This document shows, one piece after another, positions 15,669-22,747 of a stretch of DNA of 25,457 nucleotides; positions within the stretch are counted from its first letter, which is position 1; each line of letters begins with the position of its first letter. The DNA is from a virus (lineage: Duplodnaviria > Caudoviricetes), in IMG/VR virus record IMGVR_UViG_3300011336_000340, positions 1-25,457 of that record; one strand, written 5' to 3'. The notes below the pieces were generated by a model that saw nothing but the letters and a program-made list of their open reading frames with translations, was not told the origin of the DNA and ran no database searches. The position numbers were made by a program, and so were the translations under genes.

Positions 15669-16035
15669 CCACGGTCACCTACCGAATGCCGAGATCCGCC
15701 AGATTCTTATCGGTCGCGAATACGACCGAGTTGCTTGCGAGATGATCGCCAGCTACGGAATGGCGGTCGGGGCATCAACATTCGAGACGTGCGTTTGGAT
15801 CGGACGATTTATCGAGGTTGCACGGGTAGACGTCGAGTTGATCTTTCGGAAGGATATCAAACTTTTTCTCTGTGGAACGATGCGAGCCAAGGATGCCAAT
15901 ATCAGGCAAGCCTTGCTCGATCTCATCGGGCCGCAGGGAACGAAGGCTCAGCCGGGGCCAACATACGGCATCAAATCCCATTCTTGGGCGGCGCTCGCTG
16001 TGGCCGTTTACGCAGCGAACAACAAAAGAAAATAG
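15598..16035 (+). CDS. RuvC-like Holliday junction resolvase
   Basis: MILALDPG, VACE, KDANIRQAL and a C-terminal HSWAALAVA helix. Confidence 0.75.
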   Translation: MILALDPGTTHSAFIQLDHGKIVDHGHLPNAEIRQILIGREYDRVACEMIASYGMAVGASTFETCVWIGRFIEVARVDVELIFRKDIKLFLCGTMRAKDANIRQALLDLIGPQGTKAQPGPTYGIKSHSWAALAVAVYAANNKRK

Positions 16036-16038
16036 AAA

Positions 16039-16968
16039 ATGAAAATAACAAAAGGAAAACAACAACGCGCCCAGCGCGTAGTCATCTACGGAGTGGAGAG
16101 CGTAGGCAAATCAACATTTGCGGCCAAATTCCCAAGGCCACTATTTCTCGACATCGAGGGCGGCACGTCCCACTTAGACGTTGACCGCTGCGAGATCATC
16201 AACTGGAAACAGTTAACCGATACGTTAACTGAGGCCAAGGCCACAGACTACAAAACCATCGTCATCGACAGCGCAGACTGGGCGGAACGCCTGTGCGTTG
16301 AAGACCTACTGGCTTCGACCAAGAAGACCAGCATCGAAGACTTTGGCTTTGGTAAGGGGTGGGTCATGGTCGCGGAGCGCATGAGCCGGTTTCTCTCATC
16401 CGTCGATCAACTCATTGATGCCGGCAAGAACGTGGTTCTTATCGCGCACAGCAAGATCGTGCGCTTCGAGGCTCCAGACGCTCTCGCAGCATACGACCGT
16501 TACGAGTTAAAGTTGAGCAAACAATCGGCGCCGCTCTTGAAAGAGTTTGCGGACGAGCTTTGGTTCCTACGGTTTAAGACCAAGGTCTCGACCACAGACA
16601 GCGGCAAGGGAAAGGGTATCGGAGGCAAGGAGCGTATACTGCTCACAACGCACTCCGCAGCCTACGACGCGAAGACGCGCAGCGGACTTGGAGAAGAACT
16701 ACCGCTAGAATGGGCATCGGTCGCGCACTTGTTCGAAGCCGTTGCAACAAAACAGCCCGATCATATCGTTGAAGCCGACGAAATGATGGGCTGGCAAGCA
16801 CGGCTTACAGAACACGAAGGCGCTGTGAATCAGTTCTTGATCGGGCGCGGCGTTCTAACATCGGAACAGACTTGGCGCGACTGCGCACCGGAATACCTGC
16901 ACCGCGTAGCGCTTCGGGTGGATCAGTTCGTAAACACGGCGATCGAGTGGAGGGCAGCAAACAAGTGA
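16039..16968 (+). CDS. Sak4-like AAA ATPase / ssDNA annealing protein (AAA_24)
   Basis: Walker A YGVESVGKST, FLDIEGG, Walker B TIVIDSAD, FGKGW, LIAH, EFADELWF and AKTR. Confidence 0.85.
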   Translation: MKITKGKQQRAQRVVIYGVESVGKSTFAAKFPRPLFLDIEGGTSHLDVDRCEIINWKQLTDTLTEAKATDYKTIVIDSADWAERLCVEDLLASTKKTSIEDFGFGKGWVMVAERMSRFLSSVDQLIDAGKNVVLIAHSKIVRFEAPDALAAYDRYELKLSKQSAPLLKEFADELWFLRFKTKVSTTDSGKGKGIGGKERILLTTHSAAYDAKTRSGLGEELPLEWASVAHLFEAVATKQPDHIVEADEMMGWQARLTEHEGAVNQFLIGRGVLTSEQTWRDCAPEYLHRVALRVDQFVNTAIEWRAANK

Positions 16969-17969
16969 GCAAAGAAATATCACCTAGCACGCTTCCCAAA
17001 CTTGCCGAATGCGCCTTGTTTGAAGGCGCAGGCGGAACGAGTTCGGCAGCGGAGCGCGGAACGGCAGTCGATATTGCGATCCGTAACCTGATCTCGGCAC
17101 AGGACAACGTAACGTTTCCTGCCGAACACTCAAGAGCGATCGACTACGGAGTCAATGAACTCAAGCGCCTTGCAAAAGGATCGTTCATCGAGACTCGCGA
17201 AGAATACTTGGCGATGGCAGTTCCTGGACTTAGCAAGTTGGGCACAGCGGACGCAGTCTGCAAAGACGAGAAATGGGTCGCCGACATAAAAACAGGACAG
17301 GTGCGGGATTACAGAAATCAGTTGCAAGCCTATAGTCTGGCTTGCATGGAAGATAACTTTGAAATGTCTTGGACTGCTCATGTTATCTACGTTGATCAAG
17401 CTATGATACGCTCGTATGACTTTACATATGAGGAAGCCAAACAAGGCACGCAGCGAGTTATCGACCGCGCAACAAACGCGGATGCAAAACCGACGCCTTG
17501 CGAGTATTGCTCATGGTGTAAGCATTGCAACAACTGTCACGCCATCGTGCGACAGGCTGAGAGTGCCATCGCTCTCATCCCCGAAGCGACAGGAAACAGC
17601 ATCGAGTCGATCAAAGATCGCATCCTTGCAACGCCAGAGTCACTCGGATCTTTCATTCGCGAATGGAAACTTGCGGAGAAGGAGATCGCGGAGCCTTTGC
17701 TTGGTCACCTTAAAACCCGTCTCGAAAACGGGGACGAGGTTGCCGGATGGAAGCTCACAAGCGTAAGCGGCAGGAAGTTTGTGGAGGCTGATTTTATCGT
17801 AAAGGCCGCTGAAGGCATCAGCAAAGAGACCCTAATACTCGCGATGGGCGGTAAAATGTCAGAAAAGAATTATATCGAGTTTTGCGCCAACAACGGCGTG
17901 GAACTAGATACAACGGCGATCAAGGCCGGAGCGCCGACAACACAACTCCGCCAAACAAAAATAAAATAG
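16965..17969 (+). CDS. PD-(D/E)XK (Cas4/RecB-like) exonuclease
   Basis: Likely GTG start at 16965 (GTGA overlap). SPS....ECA, RGT, GTAD, DIKTG, QLQAY and PCEYCSWC motifs. Confidence 0.85.
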   Translation: MSKEISPSTLPKLAECALFEGAGGTSSAAERGTAVDIAIRNLISAQDNVTFPAEHSRAIDYGVNELKRLAKGSFIETREEYLAMAVPGLSKLGTADAVCKDEKWVADIKTGQVRDYRNQLQAYSLACMEDNFEMSWTAHVIYVDQAMIRSYDFTYEEAKQGTQRVIDRATNADAKPTPCEYCSWCKHCNNCHAIVRQAESAIALIPEATGNSIESIKDRILATPESLGSFIREWKLAEKEIAEPLLGHLKTRLENGDEVAGWKLTSVSGRKFVEADFIVKAAEGISKETLILAMGGKMSEKNYIEFCANNGVELDTTAIKAGAPTTQLRQTKIK

Positions 17970-17979
17970 AAAATACAAA

Positions 17980-18486
17980 ATGCCAACATACAAAGCAAGC
18001 GAACCCAAACAGGCCGCGATTTATTTCGTAGAGCCTGGAACCTACGAAGTCGAGATCATCAAGGCCGTAGAGAAAACAAGCCAAGCCGGAAACCCGACGA
18101 TCAAGCTCGACGTCGCCGTCATTCTTGAAGAAGGAACGACGGGGCCGACAATGTGGGAACATCTCACATTCACCGCCAAAGCAGGATGGAAAGTTGATCA
18201 AGTACTTTCGAGCATCGGGCGTGCAGTCATTCCAGGAGAAGACGTAACTGTGGAAGCGGAAGACCTAATTGGCGAAAAAGGCGTTTGCGTCGTAGGTGTA
18301 GAGCCGGGGCAGACTAATCCAGACCATCAATTCAACTGCATCGAGCGGTGGTTGTTCGGTGACGAAAAACAGAAGTGGCTCGGAAACCGGAGCAAGCCAG
18401 CGGCCAAGCAAGACAAACATATCGTAGCCAAAAGCAACGGCTACGTTGCTCAACCCCAAGACGAAACCGACGATATTCCGTTTTAA
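17980..18486 (+). CDS. Single-stranded DNA-binding protein (DUF669-like)
   Basis: EPGTYEVEI...TSQAGNPTIKL and acidic C-terminus DETDDIPF; follows the Sak4 and nuclease genes. Confidence 0.8.
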   Translation: MPTYKASEPKQAAIYFVEPGTYEVEIIKAVEKTSQAGNPTIKLDVAVILEEGTTGPTMWEHLTFTAKAGWKVDQVLSSIGRAVIPGEDVTVEAEDLIGEKGVCVVGVEPGQTNPDHQFNCIERWLFGDEKQKWLGNRSKPAAKQDKHIVAKSNGYVAQPQDETDDIPF

Positions 18487-18489
18487 TAA

Positions 18490-18699
18490 ATGAACGGAAC
18501 TCTCTCACTTCGGCTTGTTCTTTGCATGAATGAATGTCCTATTGGCCTACGTCTCGAAAGGGGCGACCCCCTGCCAGTTTACCAGCATACATACGACGAC
18601 TCGCCGGAGGGGAGAGCACTCGCGGAAACCCACCTAGAAAGAATAGAAGAATATGTTCGACGGCATAAAACGACTACTAAATCTCGTAAGACTCATTAA
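18490..18699 (+). CDS. Hypothetical protein
   Basis: 69-aa ORF in operon context. Confidence 0.6.
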   Translation: MNGTLSLRLVLCMNECPIGLRLERGDPLPVYQHTYDDSPEGRALAETHLERIEEYVRRHKTTTKSRKTH

Positions 18700-18794
18700 A
18701 GAAAACATGACGGATCTTGAATTACTTGTTGACCTATTAAACATTCGCATCGAGTCGCTCACCGAAGAGAACGAGCGACTCATTAAAGAAAACA
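18690..18794 (+). repeat. 18-bp perfect direct repeat GACTCATTAAAGAAAACA
   Basis: Copies at 18690-18707 and 18777-18794. Confidence 0.85.
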
Positions 18795-18832
18795 AGGCGC
18801 TTCGCCAATTCCTATCCGGACAAGATGAATAA
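18707..18832 (+). CDS. Small coiled-coil protein (41 aa; absent from ORF track)
   Basis: MTDLELLVDLLNIRIESLTEENERLIKENKALRQFLSGQDE, which fills the gap between neighbouring ORFs. Confidence 0.6.
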   Translation: MTDLELLVDLLNIRIESLTEENERLIKENKALRQFLSGQDE

Positions 18833-19013
18833 CCAAGAATGGCGCGGGTATCCGCTCCGCTGTTGGCCTAACCACCAAGATGACTGCTACCGTTGGGATT
18901 GGGAAATCCAGATCGACGGCAAGTGGCTTGAGGTTGTTACTCAAGCCACGCGGTGGAGCGATGAGGAAGCTGAGGAGACGTTGCAGAGATATTTGACAAG
19001 ACTGAAATCTTAG
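18825..19013 (+). CDS. Trp-rich hypothetical protein
   Basis: 62-aa ORF overlapping the previous stop. Confidence 0.6.
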   Translation: MNNQEWRGYPLRCWPNHQDDCYRWDWEIQIDGKWLEVVTQATRWSDEEAEETLQRYLTRLKS

Positions 19014-19021
19014 ACTAAATT
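18993..19021 (+). promoter_or_regulatory. Sigma70-like promoter
   Basis: TTGACA (18993-18998) - 17 nt - TAAATT (19016-19021). Confidence 0.7.
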
Positions 19022-19026
19022 CAACG

Positions 19027-19139
19027 CGGCTGTGAGAAGCCGTTCAATACAGCAAATGAAACCAACTTTTTCCCGCAATACTTCCATCCGGCTCGCTGTT
19101 GGCCTATTCTCACATGGACGTATTGCGGGATTTCTTTTT
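19027..19139 (+). ncRNA. Putative structured leader RNA/attenuator
   Basis: Hairpin CGGCT-GTGAGA-AGCCG (19027-19042). Long stem TCCCGCAATAC.TCCAT / ATGGA.GTATTGCGGGA (19071-19130) followed by TTTCTTTTT. TTCTCACA (19107-19114) is complementary to TGTGAGAA (19031-19038). Confidence 0.6.
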
Positions 19140-19151
19140 AATAAATTATGA
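19056..19151 (+). CDS. Putative 31-aa leader peptide
   Basis: MKPTFSRNTSIRLAVGLFSHGRIAGFLFNKL runs through the terminator-like stem; its TGA overlaps the ATG at 19148 (ATGA). Confidence 0.4.
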   Translation: MKPTFSRNTSIRLAVGLFSHGRIAGFLFNKL

Positions 19152-20014
19152 TAAAAGATCGCATAGTTATCTTGGCTAAAGGCGCTCCAAACAGGTTGAA
19201 GGATGGAAGGGAAACTCAATGCGCCATCGCCGTTTCTCCGCACTTGGGTCTTATTAGAATTTACCCACTGCATCCATTCGACAACGCAGATATTAAGATT
19301 TGGAGTGTTTGTGATATTGAGATGATCAAGCATCCCAAGGATACACGCGATGAAACATTTGAACCAATATCAATAAAAAGCATATCGAAGCTAATTGATC
19401 GAGATGAAAGAATACTTCTTTTAAATAAATGTTCTATTCAAACAGGTGACATTGATCCAATAAACTTTCAAAACAATGAAAGGAAAAGTATTATTGTGAT
19501 GAAGGCTCCAAAAGAAATGGGAGCAGCAATGGCTTACAGAGAATGTGACGAGCAAGATGAAGAGTCATTTGGCGCAATAAAATGCCAGAGGGATTTTCCA
19601 TACAAGCCTATGATTTCTTGGACAAGTCTACAGGGAGTCAACCACGAAACAAATATTGTAGGACAGGAGGTGTATGAATATCTAAGGTTCAATACACAGA
19701 CACCATTTAGATTATTTGAGAATTTACAGATAAGTAATCCAGACTATGAGAAGTGGCTTATTTTAGGAACTCTTGTAAACAGGCGCAATGTTTGGTGCTG
19801 CCCACATATCCATAGGCTAAAAAAGTGCAAAAGCGGTTCTATCCCGCTCTTCTTGCCGATGTTCGATGGCGTAGAAGGCGCTTGGCCATACTCAAAAATA
19901 GGGGCAACGAATGTGAAGCCTGCGGGGCCGCAGATGGAGATGAACCTTTTCACATCCACCACAGATACTATGATTTTAAATTCCTACCTTGGGAATACCC
20001 AGACAGCGCATTAA
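19148..20014 (+). CDS. Uncharacterised protein, possibly dual-OB-fold-like nucleic-acid-binding
   Basis: 288 aa with IVILAK.AP...ETQCAIA...LIRIYP...D.R.ETF. The last about 60 codons overlap the HNH ORF. Family resemblance from memory only. Confidence 0.6.
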   Translation: MIKDRIVILAKGAPNRLKDGRETQCAIAVSPHLGLIRIYPLHPFDNADIKIWSVCDIEMIKHPKDTRDETFEPISIKSISKLIDRDERILLLNKCSIQTGDIDPINFQNNERKSIIVMKAPKEMGAAMAYRECDEQDEESFGAIKCQRDFPYKPMISWTSLQGVNHETNIVGQEVYEYLRFNTQTPFRLFENLQISNPDYEKWLILGTLVNRRNVWCCPHIHRLKKCKSGSIPLFLPMFDGVEGAWPYSKIGATNVKPAGPQMEMNLFTSTTDTMILNSYLGNTQTAH

Positions 20015-20058
20015 CAATTTTATGTGCATCATGCCATAAACAACAACACAACAAATGA
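19825..20058 (+). CDS. Compact HNH endonuclease (GTG start or -1 frameshift fusion)
   Basis: Y..LL.D.RW...RL.IL....CEACG...HIHHRYY...PWEY....LTILCASCHKQQH; stop overlaps the ATG of the next gene. Confidence 0.85.
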   Translation: MQKRFYPALLADVRWRRRRLAILKNRGNECEACGAADGDEPFHIHHRYYDFKFLPWEYPDSALTILCASCHKQQHNK

Positions 20059-20957
20059 AAAAACATACATTTAATATATTCCCAGAAGCCAATGAGGAAG
20101 ATTTCAACCGACTACTGGAAGACATACGCAACAACGGATTTGATCAAAGCCAACCCGTCATTGTTTATGACGGAGGAATTCTTGATGGATGGAACAGGTA
20201 TCGAGCCTGCCAGGTTCTCGGAATATCCCCAGCAATCAAAACATTTGATGGGGATCAAGCTGCGGCCCTGCGGCTCGTTATGCGAACAAACAAACGTCGC
20301 AATCTGAACAAGGGACAATGGGCCACGATTGCAGTCGAGGCTGAGGATGTCTTGTCGGTGATTGCGGCGCAGGTGGAGAAAGAGCGGCGTGAGAAGCAGG
20401 CGGAGACGCAGGCTATGGGACAAAAAATTGTCCCACAGGCATCCGGCAAGGTGGAAGATAAAACTGCAACAAAAGCCGCTGAGCTTTTCAACACGAACCG
20501 GACATATGTCAATCAGGCTGCAAAAGTAAAATCAGAAGCACCTGAAGCATTTGAAAGAGTAAAAGCAGGTAAAATGACCTTGCAAGACGCGATGAAAGAA
20601 GTCGCTCGCAAGCCTACCGAACCAGAGTGGCTTCCCGACGAGATAGAGAGAAAGGACAAGGTAGAAGCTGGGGAAACCGTAGTCGCAAACTTCCAACGCG
20701 ACAAGCACCTAATCCAATGGGCTACCAAAACCGGGAAGATGGTGGCAATTGATCGGACGAGCAAATGGGGGAACCCGTTCATTCTCGGGCAGGACGGCGA
20801 CAGAGATCGTGTTTGCGACTGCTTTGAAGAGCATTACGCGCCTAACAAGGATTCATTTACCGAGTCTGTAAGTGAACTGAATGGGAAAGTTCTTTGCTGC
20901 CATTGCTACCCGCAAAGGTGTCACGGAGATTCTTTAATAAAACTATTTGCCCCATGA
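20055..20957 (+). CDS. ParB-like N-terminal domain + HTH fused to C-terminal DUF4326 domain
   Basis: IFP...LLEDIRNNG..PVIV..ILDGWNRYRAC..N.RR.L; KAAELFNTNRTYV; DRTSKWGNPF...ELNGKVLCCHCYPQRCHGDSL. Confidence 0.8.
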   Translation: MKKHTFNIFPEANEEDFNRLLEDIRNNGFDQSQPVIVYDGGILDGWNRYRACQVLGISPAIKTFDGDQAAALRLVMRTNKRRNLNKGQWATIAVEAEDVLSVIAAQVEKERREKQAETQAMGQKIVPQASGKVEDKTATKAAELFNTNRTYVNQAAKVKSEAPEAFERVKAGKMTLQDAMKEVARKPTEPEWLPDEIERKDKVEAGETVVANFQRDKHLIQWATKTGKMVAIDRTSKWGNPFILGQDGDRDRVCDCFEEHYAPNKDSFTESVSELNGKVLCCHCYPQRCHGDSLIKLFAP

Positions 20958-21319
20958 TCCTATCACCCGACTTCTGTGACCATTACAAGACGAAGATTCT
21001 TCTACGCCTAGCCGGTCACGCAGGGGTATTCTCGCTCTTGAAATTGTGGTCGCAATGCCAGTTCAGAAAATGCGAGCGCATCGAAAAGCCAGCCGCAATA
21101 GTCGCAGCTATTGCCGACTGGGAAGGTGACCCATTGCAACTCGAAAATGCACTCGTAGAAAGCGGATATGCAAGGCGTGAAGGAGATGCACTTGTGTTGC
21201 ATCAATGGCAGGATCAAAACAAGCGTTTATTCTCGAATTACAAAAATGGGAAGAAAGGCGGAAGGCCCAAAAATGACCCTCCAAAGCCTGCAAAAAAGCC
21301 AGTCGGAATGCGTCTGTAA
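20954..21319 (+). CDS. Phage replication initiator-like protein (N-terminal winged-helix domain only)
   Basis: ATG at 20954 (ATGA overlap). DF.DH.KT..L...G...LLKLW...LHQWQDQN...NGKKGGRPK, upstream of repeats and DnaB. Confidence 0.6.
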   Translation: MILSPDFCDHYKTKILLRLAGHAGVFSLLKLWSQCQFRKCERIEKPAAIVAAIADWEGDPLQLENALVESGYARREGDALVLHQWQDQNKRLFSNYKNGKKGGRPKNDPPKPAKKPVGMRL

Positions 21320-21320
21320 A

Positions 21321-21386
21321 TAACCCAACAGAAACCCAACGATAACCCAAATGAAACCCAACCGTAACCTAACACAAACCAATGGT
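21321..21386. repeat. Six tandem 11-bp iteron-like repeats (WAACCCAAnnn), putative replication origin
   Basis: taacccaacag aaacccaacga taacccaaatg aaacccaaccg taacctaacac aaaccaatggt. Confidence 0.75.
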
Positions 21387-21390
21387 GGTC

Positions 21391-21466
21391 TAGATAGATA
21401 GAATATCTATCTATTATCATAGATAGATAGGCTTCGCCTCTCTCGCTTAAGGCGAGAGGCGAGCCT
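21391..21466. other. AT-rich (TAGA)n inverted repeats plus GC-rich hairpin adjoining the iterons
   Basis: TATCTATCTAT/ATAGATAGATA (21404-21429); AGGC.TCGCCTC..TCGC-ttaag-GCGA.GAGGCGA.GCCT (21429-21466). Confidence 0.65.
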
Positions 21467-21482
21467 TAGAAGGGAAACAAAG

Positions 21483-22745
21483 ATGGCAATTTTAAAAAGA
21501 GAAGAATCACAAACAAGATCAGCGGTCCCGACAGCACCGTCGGCGGAGAAAGCCGCGATCTCGATCTTGCTCCAAAACTACGAAGTATTGGACGCTGCGA
21601 AGTGGGATGCGGATCTGTTCTTTGAGCACTCCAACCGAGCTTTACTTTCAGCGGCCAAGGAATGCCACCACGAAGGATACAAGTCGGACATTTTCCGACT
21701 CCAGGCGGTGCTCGAAGAAAAAGGCTTGATCTTCGACGTGGGTGGATACTACGGCGTCACCGAAGCATTCACGGCATATCCAACGGGTGACGCTGTAGCC
21801 GCTCTCGACTTCCGAAAGGACTTGCTCAAGGCACGCCGGTATCGAAAGGCGATGGCGAAGCTCAACGAGAGCAAGGACGACATCCGAGAAATGCGGGCGG
21901 ATCTCAACGGTATCGCTCAACACTTGGCAGACTCGGATGAGGAACAAGTCGGGGCTTTATCGCTCAAGCAACAATGCACCGAGTTGCTGAGCGAACTCGA
22001 AAAGACGACGCAACCCGAACGCTTCCATACCGGCATCACCGGACTCGACGAAAAGATAAATGGCGGGTTTGAGCGTGGAACGCTCGCAGTCTTCGCCAGC
22101 GAGACTTCGGGCGGTAAGTCTATTGCTTTGCTTCAAACTGCCCTGCACGGGGCTATAAACGCAAAGGCGGGGGTGATTTTTAGCCTAGAGATGAGCGCAC
22201 TTCAAGTTATCTGCCGTTTAGTGGCATCGAAAAGCGGTTGGCGATGCGTCTCGGCATACGAAAATCCAAACAAGCAACATCTGGCTGGAATGCAGAACGG
22301 TATCGCTGAAATATCGGCGCTCCCGATCACCATTCACGACCAGATCAGCGACATCGACACCATCGAGTCTATTTGCCGGCAACAAAAGCGCACCGGTCTA
22401 GACTGGATAGTTGTGGACTATATTCAACTCTGCTCGCCGTCTGCCGATAGTAAGAGCGAGACACGCGAGCAACAAGTTAGTGAAGTTGTTCGACGCCTTA
22501 AGTTGATGGCGCTGCATTTAAATGTTTGCGTTCTTACCGCATCGCAACTAAACGACAAAGGCGAGCTGCGCGAGTCGCGTGGCATCGGGCATCATGCCGA
22601 CTACGTTCTTCACATCGATCATGCAAACCATCCCGACTCAGAAATTAAACTTATTAAAAACCGAAACGGCGAACGCCACGTTTCCGCGCCGGTTTTAATG
22701 CAAGGCGGGATCAGCCGCTTTGTCGATAGGGTGAAGACGAAATAG
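21483..22745 (+). CDS. dnaB: DnaB-like replicative helicase
   Basis: AEKAAI N-terminus, TGITGLD, Walker A SETSGGKS, FSLEMS, VVDYIQL, SQLN, LRES...AD and KNRNG. Confidence 0.92.
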   Translation: MAILKREESQTRSAVPTAPSAEKAAISILLQNYEVLDAAKWDADLFFEHSNRALLSAAKECHHEGYKSDIFRLQAVLEEKGLIFDVGGYYGVTEAFTAYPTGDAVAALDFRKDLLKARRYRKAMAKLNESKDDIREMRADLNGIAQHLADSDEEQVGALSLKQQCTELLSELEKTTQPERFHTGITGLDEKINGGFERGTLAVFASETSGGKSIALLQTALHGAINAKAGVIFSLEMSALQVICRLVASKSGWRCVSAYENPNKQHLAGMQNGIAEISALPITIHDQISDIDTIESICRQQKRTGLDWIVVDYIQLCSPSADSKSETREQQVSEVVRRLKLMALHLNVCVLTASQLNDKGELRESRGIGHHADYVLHIDHANHPDSEIKLIKNRNGERHVSAPVLMQGGISRFVDRVKTK

Positions 22746-22747
22746 AA

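Noticed and set aside
16965-17969. Cas4-like nuclease as evidence of a CRISPR-Cas system
   Set aside because: No array or other cas genes. Its position between Sak4 and SSB is the standard phage recombination module.
21321-21386. Tandem repeats as a CRISPR array
   Set aside because: The 11-bp units are contiguous with no unique spacers; they fit iterons.
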